From contig DATBWR010000004.1 of NCBI GenBank assembly GCA_036514715.1, positions 73,147 to 137,146 of the forward strand: DNA of 64,000 nt, in the 5' to 3' direction. Within the stretch, counting starts at the first letter, position 1. Every line of letters starts with the position of its first letter. Under the pieces are notes generated by a model. That model saw only the letters and a list, made by a program, of their open reading frames with translations. It had not been told where the DNA came from and did no database searches. Made by a program: the position numbers and the translations under genes. The stretch is from Candidatus Nanoarchaeia archaeon (GTDB lineage Bacteria > Patescibacteriota > Microgenomatia > Woykebacterales > RBG-16-39-9b). Below, one piece after another: positions 38,526-48,353 of this stretch.

Positions 38526-39724
38526 AGATCGTCCATTTAATCGGCTACTTTCAGCCGGAATTTGGTTATAAAGAGTATTATATTGCCCGTAACCAGGTAA
38601 AGTTGGGTCACGAAGTTCACGTTATTGCCTCAGACAAAGTCTTTCCTTTTCCGGATTACGCAACAATGGCTAAAGAAGTTGGTGCGCCGCCGACCCGGTA
38701 TCGTGGGGAAGGGAATAGTGTTGTGGATGGGGTACAAGTACATCGTCTTAAATCCCTTTTTGAAACTAAGGATTTTATTGTTATTAGGGGTGTAAAGGAG
38801 CTGTTGGGAGCCATTCGTCCGGATATTGTCCATGCCCATGCTCCAAGCCAGGGGTCAACAGTACTTGGGGCTTTGTATAAAGATAAGTTTAACTACTTTT
38901 TAATCGGGGACGACCAAGCCTTAATTGACACAGCACACCCTAAACCATACCCTTCTTTGCAGGGTAGATTGCGTTATGAGCTGTTTCAGAAATATTTAAG
39001 AGGCTACTATTTAAAAAAGGCGGACGTCGTTTTTTGCCCAAACAACGCTTCCAAGAAATATCTCGAAGAGAATTTTAATCTTGCAAATAAGGTTAAGGTG
39101 GTTCCGATTGGTTTTGACAGCGATTTCTATTACTTTGACAAAAAGGTGCGGGTCGAGGTTAGAAGTAGATTTAAAGTAGACGAGGGCGATTTTGTAATAC
39201 TGATCAGCGGCCGGTTGAACCCAGAGAAGGATTTTGACCAAGTTATAAAGCTGAGTGCCGATCTTTTACGAAAAACTAACACCAAGATTTTGATAGTTGG
39301 TGATGGTCGGGCTAAGGAACGATTGGTGGACTTAGTTGAACAACTTAAACTGCCAGATAAAGTTTTCTTTGCAGGTTTCGTATCAGAGAAGTTGCTCTTT
39401 AAGTACTATTCTGCTGCTGATCTGGCGATTTGGTTGAAACAACCGAGTGTAGGGATTTCCAATGCAATTGGGTGCTCACTACCTGTCCTATTACCGCAAA
39501 CAGAAATCTTTAGCCACTATACTAATGAAGGGTTTGGAGAAAGTTTTAAGCCTGGTGACAAGAACGACTTTAAGAGAAAATTAAGCCAACTTGTTACCGA
39601 TGAAAACCATTACCAAAAGATTAAGCAAGAAATAGAAACCAAGAAAAACCGATTAGATTACAAAAACCTTGCTCAGGTTGATATTGAGGAATATGAAAAA
39701 AGCAAAACCAGGAACAAAAGTTAG
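38522..39724 (+). CDS. Glycosyltransferase family 4
   Basis: GT-B two-domain architecture. Confidence 0.65.
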   Translation: MKIVHLIGYFQPEFGYKEYYIARNQVKLGHEVHVIASDKVFPFPDYATMAKEVGAPPTRYRGEGNSVVDGVQVHRLKSLFETKDFIVIRGVKELLGAIRPDIVHAHAPSQGSTVLGALYKDKFNYFLIGDDQALIDTAHPKPYPSLQGRLRYELFQKYLRGYYLKKADVVFCPNNASKKYLEENFNLANKVKVVPIGFDSDFYYFDKKVRVEVRSRFKVDEGDFVILISGRLNPEKDFDQVIKLSADLLRKTNTKILIVGDGRAKERLVDLVEQLKLPDKVFFAGFVSEKLLFKYYSAADLAIWLKQPSVGISNAIGCSLPVLLPQTEIFSHYTNEGFGESFKPGDKNDFKRKLSQLVTDENHYQKIKQEIETKKNRLDYKNLAQVDIEEYEKSKTRNKS

Positions 39725-41168
39725 AGACCAACTTTCAAAACTTACCTTCATGCTTCAAAAACAGGAGAGTTTAATTATCGGTATTTATAGTCTTTTACTT
39801 TTAACTGTTATTTTAAAACTCACTTGGGTGGCTATACTTTTAACTCCGATTTTTCTTTTTTCCGTTATTACTAAAGACAAAGTACAACTTGCTTTTTATT
39901 TGGGTGTTTTTAGCCTCTCCTTTGACCAGATTTTTATCTCAGTTGGTTTTTCCTTAAAAATTCACATGTTGGTGTTCCTCGTTGTGGCACTAGCGCTAAT
40001 TTATCAGTCTTTCAAGCAAAGGAAATTTCCTCCTCTTCTGCCACAAACAATAGTTGTCTCATTATTTTTCCTACTGGTATTTTCGATAACCTCCCTTTTT
40101 CCGGCTCAAGATAAAACCCTGACCGTCAGGTTCGTAGCCTCACTTTTTTACGCCGTATCAGTCTTTTACATGACGTTTGTCTTCTTGCGAAACCGGCAGC
40201 AGGTTGTTAATACCGTCAGCGCTTTAATTGCCGGAATGGTTATTTCAGTAGTAGTTGGGGTTGAGCAGTATATTGCCTATTACTACAACTTACCTTTCTA
40301 TGGAGGCTTTGGGATTTTTAACCCTGGTAATTTTGTTAGACCAGCTGGGCTTTTTGACCACCCCAATTTTCTCGCTAACTTTTTACTGGTTGCTATCCCA
40401 CTCACAATTGGCTACACCTTTTGGATAAAAGGCAAAACCCTACTTAAAAAAGTTTTGGTTTCTGTATCTCTAGTCTCATTAATCATAACCTTCTCTCGAG
40501 CGGCTTACATTGGTATGACTTTATTTTTGGCAGTGGTTTTCTTCTTTACCAAGGGGACTAAGCAAGTTCTGGCTTGGGCTAAATACTTAGGCGCGGTCTT
40601 AGCTTTTACCGTAGTCGGTTTAAGTTCACTTTTCTACTTAGTTGGGCCTTACAGTCTGGTAGATACGTTGGCAAACTTTAGTCGAGGTGGCGGCGGAAGC
40701 CGGATTTTTCTAAACCGGGTGACTTCTTCCGCTGATCCATTTGCAGAGACAAATGCGGAACGGTTGCTAATTTGGAGAGCAGGGCTATCGATGTTTAACG
40801 ATAATTGGTTATTGGGTGTGGGCTTGGAGAACTTTCGAGTTAGATACGCCGAATATAAATTGCCGGATGCTGTGCTAAGAAAGAATGTAGTTGCCCACAA
40901 CACCTATTTTCAGTTACTAATTGAGACTGGTATTTTTGGAGCAGTCGCTTTTGCGGCTTTTTGGATCACGGTATTTTTTAAAAACTTTAAAGGTATTCTT
41001 AAAGCCACTAGCAACTCGTTTTATTACTATCTTCTTCTGGGTGGTATGTCTGCTCTTTTGGGAGTTACTTTCCAAAATCTGACTAACTCCGTTTTATATT
41101 ACCCTCACACTTGGTTTCTTTACGGCTTTATTCTAGCAGTTTCAGCTTTAGCTCTGAGGAAAAGATGA
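39693..41168 (+). CDS. O-antigen polymerase/ligase-like (Wzy/WaaL family) membrane protein
   Basis: About 10-12 TM helices with a large loop; RBS gagga before the ATG at 39693. Confidence 0.55.
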   Translation: MKKAKPGTKVRDQLSKLTFMLQKQESLIIGIYSLLLLTVILKLTWVAILLTPIFLFSVITKDKVQLAFYLGVFSLSFDQIFISVGFSLKIHMLVFLVVALALIYQSFKQRKFPPLLPQTIVVSLFFLLVFSITSLFPAQDKTLTVRFVASLFYAVSVFYMTFVFLRNRQQVVNTVSALIAGMVISVVVGVEQYIAYYYNLPFYGGFGIFNPGNFVRPAGLFDHPNFLANFLLVAIPLTIGYTFWIKGKTLLKKVLVSVSLVSLIITFSRAAYIGMTLFLAVVFFFTKGTKQVLAWAKYLGAVLAFTVVGLSSLFYLVGPYSLVDTLANFSRGGGGSRIFLNRVTSSADPFAETNAERLLIWRAGLSMFNDNWLLGVGLENFRVRYAEYKLPDAVLRKNVVAHNTYFQLLIETGIFGAVAFAAFWITVFFKNFKGILKATSNSFYYYLLLGGMSALLGVTFQNLTNSVLYYPHTWFLYGFILAVSALALRKR

Positions 41169-42325
41169 TTCTTTTTGTCAGCAATTCGCCGTTTTTGGGT
41201 GGAGCAGAGCATTACTTATTAGACATAATTGGCCTCGTCAAAAAAGACTTTAAAGTCAAGGTTGCTTGTCCAGCAGGATTGGTGGCTGATGAGGTCAAAA
41301 AACTTGGTGTTGAGTCGGTTGAAATTGATATTGGTTCTACTCTGGGCCGCTTTCGAGGCTTTAATCTTTTTAATCTACGTAATGTTTTTCGGGTTAGCCG
41401 GCTGAGAAGTCTTTTGCAAGAGTTGCTTAGAGAAGACCCAAATCTTTTGGTACACACCCAAGATTACAAAGAGATGGTGCTTTTCACACTAGCTGCCCGC
41501 GGGCTTCCGGTTAAACTGCTCTACGTTCAACACGTTATTTTACCGACGTGGCTTAAGAAAAACCCTTTTGTCTTGAAGTATTTGAGAAGTATTTGGGACC
41601 GGCAAGACCAAATTGTGACAGTAAGCGATAGTGTTAAAAAAGACTTGGTTGAGGCAGGTGTTAATACAGAAAAGATAAACCGCGTTTACAATGGCATTGA
41701 TCTAGAGCTATTTAAGCCCTTTCCTGCTCAAGAAAAAAGAGACCTAAGGAAAAAATACAACCTGGAAGGAAAATTGACCGTTGGGATTAATGGCCGTATT
41801 GCCTGGGGAAAAGGTCAGGATGTTCTGCTACTGGCGATGAGCGAAATTCTAAAAAAAGTCCCTAACGCCCACGCTTTGTTTGTTGGCACGGGATCAACCT
41901 TTCGCCAGGGACCGCTTGACAATATTGTTGCCAAGAACAATTTAAAGAGTAAAGTTACTTTTTTTGGCAGTTGGCCACGGGAGAAAATTCCTGAATTTTA
42001 CGCCTTGACTGATGTTGTTGCTCTGCCGTCTTTGAGTGAAGGGTTGCCGCTAACTATTTTGGAAGCAATGGCCTCTGGTATCCCTTGTGTTGGCACCAAA
42101 ATAGCCGGTATTCCGGAAGAAATTGTGGACGGTAAAAGTGGTTTTCTAATGCAGGAAAGAACCCCGAAGGAATTAGCAAAATTGTGTATTAAATTGCTTA
42201 GCGATGGGAAGCTAAGGGAAAAATTTGGTAAAGAGGGCCGGTTAATCGTGGAGGAGAGGTTCGACAAGAAACTAATGGTTAAAAATATGAGTAAACTCTA
42301 TCAACAGCTTCTGGGTGCCAGTTAA
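41165..42325 (+). CDS. Glycosyltransferase family 4
   Basis: EGLPLTILEAMASGIPCVGT motif; ATG at 41165 preferred over the track start. Confidence 0.8.
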   Translation: MILFVSNSPFLGGAEHYLLDIIGLVKKDFKVKVACPAGLVADEVKKLGVESVEIDIGSTLGRFRGFNLFNLRNVFRVSRLRSLLQELLREDPNLLVHTQDYKEMVLFTLAARGLPVKLLYVQHVILPTWLKKNPFVLKYLRSIWDRQDQIVTVSDSVKKDLVEAGVNTEKINRVYNGIDLELFKPFPAQEKRDLRKKYNLEGKLTVGINGRIAWGKGQDVLLLAMSEILKKVPNAHALFVGTGSTFRQGPLDNIVAKNNLKSKVTFFGSWPREKIPEFYALTDVVALPSLSEGLPLTILEAMASGIPCVGTKIAGIPEEIVDGKSGFLMQERTPKELAKLCIKLLSDGKLREKFGKEGRLIVEERFDKKLMVKNMSKLYQQLLGAS

Positions 42326-42699
42326 ACCCTTAAAAGCATTAGAATTCCTAGAACAATAATTCCGGTACCAACTAACTGGCTCGCGGTTAATTTTTCTCCC
42401 AAAACAAAATAGTTAAGAATAATCACGGCAATTAAACTTGATAAAGTAATGATAAAAGTTAGGCTAGTACTGGCATTGCCAGTTAAGTTGGAACGGGACA
42501 GTTGACTGTTAATAATAATGAAAGTTACGCGAGCTAAGAGGGCGAAGAATAAACCAACCCAAAAAGGCAGACTAAAAAAAACACTGCTCAAGCTCTGGAA
42601 ATTAATTTTGTCGTGAAATAGACGTAAATTGCCTAAGGTAAAAATCGAAACTCCGACAAAAATTCCGTAAAGAATAATTAGAACAATGTTGACCAGCAT
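42322..42699 (-). CDS. Small 4-TM SMR/EamA-like (ArnE/F- or GtrA-like) putative polyprenyl-phosphate-sugar flippase
   Basis: 125 aa, 4 TM helices; directly downstream of the GT2 polyprenyl-P sugar synthase-like gene. Confidence 0.45.
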   Translation of the reverse strand: MLVNIVLIILYGIFVGVSIFTLGNLRLFHDKINFQSLSSVFFSLPFWVGLFFALLARVTFIIINSQLSRSNLTGNASTSLTFIITLSSLIAVIILNYFVLGEKLTASQLVGTGIIVLGILMLLRV

Positions 42700-42704
42700 G
42701 TTAT

Positions 42705-43640
42705 TTATTTTGGCTCATTTTGCATGTCAAAGACAATAGCGTTAAGAATAAGTTGGAAACCAATGAAGAAAGGAATTACCGAAAGCATCACAGTTGCAGT
42801 TGAAGCTGTAGACGGACCACGTGTTTCAAGGAAGATATAGATACCAAATCCTAACCCAAAAAGAAAGAGTACAGAACCGCTGATTAAAAATATCCCAACC
42901 GGGTGTAAGATTAAAATGTATTTTTGATAAATGCGGTTAAGAAAAGAACCTAGCAAGAAGGGAAGGCTAGCGATAACAAATTTAAAGTAGTTTACATCGG
43001 AAACCTCATCTTCGTAAATTACCGGTACTGGAATTTCTTTGACTCGGGCGTTAACTATGTTTAAATTAATCCAAAGTGAATTATCAAAAAAATAGTCATC
43101 TCGCAAAGCTTCCAAATCCAATTCTTTGAGTTTTTCCTGCCTTATTGCACTAAAACTAGATTGAAAGTCAAATAAAGAGTAATAACCCGAAACAAACTTT
43201 GTTAGAAAAGAGTAAAGTGAGTTGCCGATTTTTCTCAAAGTGGGCATTGATCGAATTTCTTTACGATTTAAAAAACGATTACCCCTGCAAACGTCGTAAT
43301 TTTGTTCTTCGCAAATAGTCACAAAGTCCTTAATTTTAGTCAGGTCGCACTGATTATCACCAGCAGCGATAACAACGTAATCGGCCTTTCTTTTAAGAGC
43401 TTCTGTTAGACCTCTTTTTACTGAAAAACCCACCCCTCCGTTAATTTTATTGCTGAGGACCAGGACTCGTTTGTCCTTCTTAGCAAAAATTTTCATTTGT
43501 GCCAAAGTCTTGTCGTGACTGGCGTCGTCAACGCAAATAACCAGATCTACGTACCTAGGGGTGTTTTGAAGGGTTTTAGTTATCAAGCCTTCCTCATTAA
43601 AAGCAGGTATGATTAAACAAATGCTCTTTTTAGTTAACAT
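42705..43640 (-). CDS. Glycosyltransferase family 2 (DPM1/ArnC/GtrB-like polyprenyl-phosphate sugar synthase) with C-terminal TM helices
   Basis: ICVDDASHD DxD region; two C-terminal TM helices. Confidence 0.8.
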   Translation of the reverse strand: MLTKKSICLIIPAFNEEGLITKTLQNTPRYVDLVICVDDASHDKTLAQMKIFAKKDKRVLVLSNKINGGVGFSVKRGLTEALKRKADYVVIAAGDNQCDLTKIKDFVTICEEQNYDVCRGNRFLNRKEIRSMPTLRKIGNSLYSFLTKFVSGYYSLFDFQSSFSAIRQEKLKELDLEALRDDYFFDNSLWINLNIVNARVKEIPVPVIYEDEVSDVNYFKFVIASLPFLLGSFLNRIYQKYILILHPVGIFLISGSVLFLFGLGFGIYIFLETRGPSTASTATVMLSVIPFFIGFQLILNAIVFDMQNEPK

Positions 43641-44353
43641 TACTTGTTACAGATTGCAAAGATGTCCGCCCCGTTTTGAGGGAAATTTTTGCTGAGAGAA
43701 TAAAAATAGATCCAATCTTTTTCAGGGATGAACTTTTCAATTTGGGCATTCGACAAGAATTTGATAAAAGAAGTGGAGATTTTTTCGATTTTAAAACCGT
43801 TTTTCTTTAGATCCTCCTCCAGCTTTTTGGGATCGTAGACTCTAAAGTGACCAATCTTTTTATCCTGATCGTTAAGTTGGGTAGGAGTTTCTAAAAGACC
43901 CATTTCAACTCCAAGTAACCGATGCATCGATAAGCCGTTTGGTACACTAACCAAAAATTTACCATCATTGTCGAGCAATTTGTAAGCTGTCTGTAGAAAC
44001 TTATCAACATTTTCTACGTGTTCAAGAAGGTGGGAGGCAATAATAGTCTTATATTTTTTAGTGGCTTTAAAATCTTCTAAATACGAATTAAACACCGCCG
44101 CCTTTTTAAATTTCTTGCTAAGTAACTGACAATATTTTTCACTGGCCTCAACGATATTGATCGTTTTAGGTCTGAGGTTGTCAAAAATCAGCGAAGTCAT
44201 GCCACCATCAGCGGGTCCAATCTCCAAAATTGGCTCTTCAATGAACTTTCTGAACTCAAGGTAAACACAATAAATCATAAAAGAGTTCAGGCCTTTGGTG
44301 GACTTGTACCAAGTCGAAACTCGCTCTAATTTGTTTTTATTTTTCGAGTTCAT
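43640..44353 (-). CDS. Class I SAM-dependent methyltransferase
   Basis: EIGPADGGMTS motif I. Confidence 0.65.
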   Translation of the reverse strand: MNSKNKNKLERVSTWYKSTKGLNSFMIYCVYLEFRKFIEEPILEIGPADGGMTSLIFDNLRPKTINIVEASEKYCQLLSKKFKKAAVFNSYLEDFKATKKYKTIIASHLLEHVENVDKFLQTAYKLLDNDGKFLVSVPNGLSMHRLLGVEMGLLETPTQLNDQDKKIGHFRVYDPKKLEEDLKKNGFKIEKISTSFIKFLSNAQIEKFIPEKDWIYFYSLSKNFPQNGADIFAICNK

Positions 44354-44870
44354 ATTTTTGAAACTGTACCCCAGCTAATTTAGCAGCGATCGCATCGTAA
44401 ACCGAGTCTCCAATTAGAACAAAATCATTTGGGTTTTTGTTACCGACAATTTTCAAAAGCCCTTCGGGGTGGGGCTTGATAAAATCAACATTATCAATTG
44501 CCACCAGCGTTTTTACATTACCCATAAAATTCTGATCTTTCAAATAAGTTTCAATTGCCTCTCTGGTGTTGGCCGAAAAAATGGTAACCGCAAGGTTATT
44601 TTTCTTAAAATACTCAAACAACTCTGAAGGCAGGCTGGTTAATCCAGCTATTTCTGCCTCGGCTTTCATTTTTAAGTATTCATTACGTTTACCCTTAACT
44701 TGAGAGTAAAGATAGAGACTACTAAAGTTCAACTTACGGTCGAGACCAAGTAAGTCAACAATTTTTTGGCGCAGAGCTTCCCAATCAAGATCAATTTTGG
44801 TAATTACCCCTTCAAAGTCAAGAATGATTTCTTTATCAGTAAGTTTATTTAATTCTTCTGTGGTTAGCAT
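44337..44870 (-). CDS. HAD-superfamily hydrolase/phosphatase
   Basis: HAD motifs; IGDSVYD motif IV. Confidence 0.65.
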   Translation of the reverse strand: MLTTEELNKLTDKEIILDFEGVITKIDLDWEALRQKIVDLLGLDRKLNFSSLYLYSQVKGKRNEYLKMKAEAEIAGLTSLPSELFEYFKKNNLAVTIFSANTREAIETYLKDQNFMGNVKTLVAIDNVDFIKPHPEGLLKIVGNKNPNDFVLIGDSVYDAIAAKLAGVQFQKYELEK

Positions 44871-44916
44871 CAGTTGGTTACTAAAGTAAATTTGTACTAT
44901 TATATCTTACAAACGA

Positions 44917-46713
44917 ATGCAAATCCTTCTCTTTATTCTGCTCTTTTTAATACTCGTATTTTTGCCAGGTTTCTTAGTTTACAAACTTATTGCTGGCCCC
45001 AAAGAGGAACGAGCCCTTTTTTATCTGCCGATCTCCTTCACTTTTGGTCTTGGTTTTTTCTCCCTGATATCCACATCAGCCTATTTCTTCAACTTCAGTT
45101 GGCAGAATTTCAACTTGGTTTATTCATTAAGCTTGGTAAGTCTAGTCGCAGGTTTTTTATATAAGAAAAAAAAACTGACACTGCAGTTTGAATTCGATTT
45201 TGTCGAACGCTTAGTTTTGTTCTTGTCTTTGGCCCTGACATTATACACAATGTTCATTCACCCGGTTTTAGCCTATACCGACGCACCCTTCCATCTGGCC
45301 GAGATAAGAAAGCTAGTTGAAGAGCCGGTAATTTCACCTAGCGAGGCAAGCCTCCCAACAGGGAAAATTAATCCCTCCTACGGCTTTAATAGTTGGTTTT
45401 TACTGCTAGCTTTTTTGCAGCGGTTATCTGGTTTGGAGCTCTTTCAGCTCTGGGATAGGATCGCTTTAGTGCTCGTACCAACCTATATTTTGGCAGTTTA
45501 TTTCTTTATTTCTAAACTCATAAGCGATAAGAGTCAAACCCTGACGGTTTTACTCGTTTATTTAGTTTTTGTTATTCTTTTGAACAACTCCGTAGACTTT
45601 CGCACCATTGCTTTGCCGGAAAGAATTGTCCGTTTGATTTTACTGACAACTTCTCTGGGATTATTTCTGACTTACTTAAAAAACAAAAACTTTCTGTCCT
45701 TAACAAGCTTGGGTTTGGTTAGTTTTACGATCACAACTATCCATCTTTATGCTTGGGTGCATTTATTACTGGCGGTTGGAGCTTTTTCTTTGGCTAACTT
45801 TATCTTTAAAAATTACGAAGACTTTAAAAACTCTTTAAAAGCTTTCTTTATCATCCTTTTAGCACCCGCTCCTTACCTTGCTGTTAAGCTAGCAAACGTA
45901 GCTAACGTTGTCTTACCGGATGCTTTTGCAGTTAATACTTCTACTTTAAAATTAGAGTATTTGTTCAGGTCAAAAGTAGGCTACACCTTAATTTTATTGT
46001 TAGTTCTTGTTTACCTTTTTAGAAAGAAGCTCTCGGAAGAAAAATGGCTGCTCTTTTCCACTGCAACGGCTGTAACTAGCCTCTTTATCCTCTTTAACCC
46101 AATATTGTTTCCAATTGTTGCCGGTATTATCTCTGTTCCTTATACCCAAAGGCTCTCTTATCTAATCTATACAGAAATTATTCTGGGAAGTTTCCTTTAC
46201 CTTTTCGTTATCAATAAGTTCTTGGTAAGAGCCGAAAAAAAGATCTTTTTGGCCTTGGCAGTGGCTATAACTGCCGGTGCCTTGCTAATTCCGTCCACTA
46301 ACTTCCCAGGACTTAATGTTTTCAGTATGAAAGGTAATTTAAAGTTTGCACAAGATTATCAAGAGCCGATTTTCGATTTTATCAACAAGAATTTACCAAA
46401 AAAGAAAGTCTATGTTGCTAACTACGACCTCGCTTATTGGATCCCGGCTTACAGCTATAACTATATTTTAATGACCTATCCTGATCACACCACCTTTACT
46501 ATCAATCACAAGCCTCGTATTGAAACACTAAAAAACATCTTAGATCCAGATTTTTCAATCGAAGGGACAGTCACATATCTTGATCAATACTCAGTCAATT
46601 ACGTTGTTTTGGATAAGGTAAAAGAAGAAAAAGTTAAGAAATTTGGTCAGGACACACGTTTTAAGCTTATTTACGAAGACAGCTGGTATCTGATATATTC
46701 CTTCAATGAGTAA
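44917..46713 (+). CDS. Large polytopic membrane protein, candidate GT-C-type (ArnT/PMT-like) glycosyltransferase
   Basis: 598 aa with at least 12 TM helices and a C-terminal soluble domain; adjacent to the GT2 and small flippase-like genes. Confidence 0.4.
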   Translation: MQILLFILLFLILVFLPGFLVYKLIAGPKEERALFYLPISFTFGLGFFSLISTSAYFFNFSWQNFNLVYSLSLVSLVAGFLYKKKKLTLQFEFDFVERLVLFLSLALTLYTMFIHPVLAYTDAPFHLAEIRKLVEEPVISPSEASLPTGKINPSYGFNSWFLLLAFLQRLSGLELFQLWDRIALVLVPTYILAVYFFISKLISDKSQTLTVLLVYLVFVILLNNSVDFRTIALPERIVRLILLTTSLGLFLTYLKNKNFLSLTSLGLVSFTITTIHLYAWVHLLLAVGAFSLANFIFKNYEDFKNSLKAFFIILLAPAPYLAVKLANVANVVLPDAFAVNTSTLKLEYLFRSKVGYTLILLLVLVYLFRKKLSEEKWLLFSTATAVTSLFILFNPILFPIVAGIISVPYTQRLSYLIYTEIILGSFLYLFVINKFLVRAEKKIFLALAVAITAGALLIPSTNFPGLNVFSMKGNLKFAQDYQEPIFDFINKNLPKKKVYVANYDLAYWIPAYSYNYILMTYPDHTTFTINHKPRIETLKNILDPDFSIEGTVTYLDQYSVNYVVLDKVKEEKVKKFGQDTRFKLIYEDSWYLIYSFNE

Positions 46714-47851
46714 AAGAATAGGAATTGATGCGCGCTTTTTTGGTCCGGAAGGGACTGGAATTGGGCGTTATCTTGAAAAACTGTTGGAAAATCTCGAAGT
46801 ACTCGATACTGAGAACGAGTATTTTGTTTTCTTAAGAAAAAGTAACTTCCCTCTTTACAACCCCAAGAACCCTAACTTCACCAAAATTATGGCCGATGCC
46901 CACTGGTACAGCTTGAAAGAGCAGGTGATTATGCCCCAGGTGTTGTTGAAGGAAAAATTGGACTTAGTCCATTTTCCGCAGGTGAACATCCCTCTGCTTT
47001 ACCCCAAAAAATTTGTAGTTACACTTCATGATTTAACTAAAATCAATTTCAAAGACAAAGCAGCCACCACACGAGCCTTACCAATTTACTTAGCCAAACA
47101 CTTAGCCTTTAGTATTACTCTCAGACAAGCCTTAAACCGAGCTGAAAAAATTTTTGTCCCCTCTAACTTCGTAAAAAATGAAATTGCTAAACAGTTAGGG
47201 GTTAAAAAAGAAAAAATGGTGGTGACTTACGAAGGAGCGGATGATTTTTGGGAAGAGAAATTTGAGCCCAGCGCCGGTAGGGTGAGTGAAGTTCTAGGCA
47301 AACATTCGATCCAAAAACCCTATTTACTTTACTTGGGTAACGCTTATCATTACAAAAACTTGGGTAGATTAATCGAAGCTCTTGCCGATGTAGACCCAGG
47401 GGTAAAACTGGTTTGTGTAACCAAAAGAGATGCCTTTCTTGAAAGACTCTTGGCCCAAGCGGAAAATGTTGGAATTCGCAACCGGCTTATCATTACTGGT
47501 TGGGTGGGTGATGAAGATCTAAAAATCCTTTTTAACCAAGCCGAAGCTTTAGTTTTCCCCTCCCTTTCTGAAGGCTTTGGCTTACCGGGCTTGGAAGCTA
47601 TGGCTCTCTCGTGTCCGGTGGTCGCTGCCAACGCTACTTCTTTGCCCGAAGTTTACGAAGATGCTGCCCTTTTTTTCGACCCCAATTCAACTGGCGATAT
47701 TGCCAAAAAAATCAATGAAGTTTTAGGAAGTCAAAGACTGCGTCTGGATTTGATTAAAAAAGGCCGAGAACAAGTGAAAAAATACTCCTGGAAAAAAATG
47801 GCGCAAGAGACGCTAAAAATTTACCAGAGAATTATTGATAGTGGTCATTAA
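46706..47851 (+). CDS. Glycosyltransferase family 4
   Basis: EGFGLPGLEAMALSCPVV motif. Confidence 0.85.
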   Translation: MSKRIGIDARFFGPEGTGIGRYLEKLLENLEVLDTENEYFVFLRKSNFPLYNPKNPNFTKIMADAHWYSLKEQVIMPQVLLKEKLDLVHFPQVNIPLLYPKKFVVTLHDLTKINFKDKAATTRALPIYLAKHLAFSITLRQALNRAEKIFVPSNFVKNEIAKQLGVKKEKMVVTYEGADDFWEEKFEPSAGRVSEVLGKHSIQKPYLLYLGNAYHYKNLGRLIEALADVDPGVKLVCVTKRDAFLERLLAQAENVGIRNRLIITGWVGDEDLKILFNQAEALVFPSLSEGFGLPGLEAMALSCPVVAANATSLPEVYEDAALFFDPNSTGDIAKKINEVLGSQRLRLDLIKKGREQVKKYSWKKMAQETLKIYQRIIDSGH

Positions 47852-48101
47852 CATCAATAATTTCAACTTGGTTATTTCGGAAGATAAAGATAGTTCGATA
47901 TTTCCGATCTATTCGGAAAGAATAAATTTTTAAACTTTTGGGTTCAAGTACCTCAGTGTGTAGAGAAGGGTGACGAGGGTTAGAAACAAAAACTGTAATT
48001 TGTTTATTGAACTTCTTGACTAAATTATGTTTTTTGAGGTAGATAACAAGATCTGCCCGTAGGGGCTTAACGACCATAAACAGAGGATTTTTCCAGACCA
48101 C
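47832..48101 (-). CDS. RelE/YoeB-superfamily toxin (mRNA interferase) of a type II TA pair
   Basis: C-terminal ...YSFRIDRKYRTIFIFRNNQVEIIDVNDHYQ parallels YoeB ...WSRRITEEHRLVYAVTDDSLLIAACRYHY. Confidence 0.65.
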   Translation of the reverse strand: MVWKNPLFMVVKPLRADLVIYLKKHNLVKKFNKQITVFVSNPRHPSLHTEVLEPKSLKIYSFRIDRKYRTIFIFRNNQVEIIDVNDHYQ

Positions 48102-48327
48102 GAGTGAGGCTATCGATGAACTTCTCGCTATATTTACCAGTTCGAGCCAGCTCTAGCTTGATTTTAGAAATTGGTTGAGGAGTAAATTCCTGGAAACTGT
48201 CCTCGGCAAGATAAGTACGTAGGACATTGCGTACAAATTCAGAGCGAGTTGAGAAACCGTGCTTTTTAGCTTCTTGGTCAATTTTCTCCGCTGTTCTTTT
48301 AGGTAAAGAAATAGTTACGGTAGCCAT
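48067..48327 (-). CDS. Ribbon-helix-helix (CopG-like) antitoxin
   Basis: MATVTISLPKRTAEKIDQEAKKHGFSTRSEFVRNVLRTYL RHH motif; overlaps the toxin gene. Confidence 0.6.
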   Translation of the reverse strand: MATVTISLPKRTAEKIDQEAKKHGFSTRSEFVRNVLRTYLAEDSFQEFTPQPISKIKLELARTGKYSEKFIDSLTRGLEKSSVYGR

Positions 48328-48353
48328 ATATTAAGATTATTTAACAACATTTG

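Noticed and set aside
44874-45164. 96-aa ORF overlapping the start of the 44917-46713 membrane protein gene
   Set aside because: It is out of frame and embedded in the 5' end of a long, well-supported TM protein. It is spurious.
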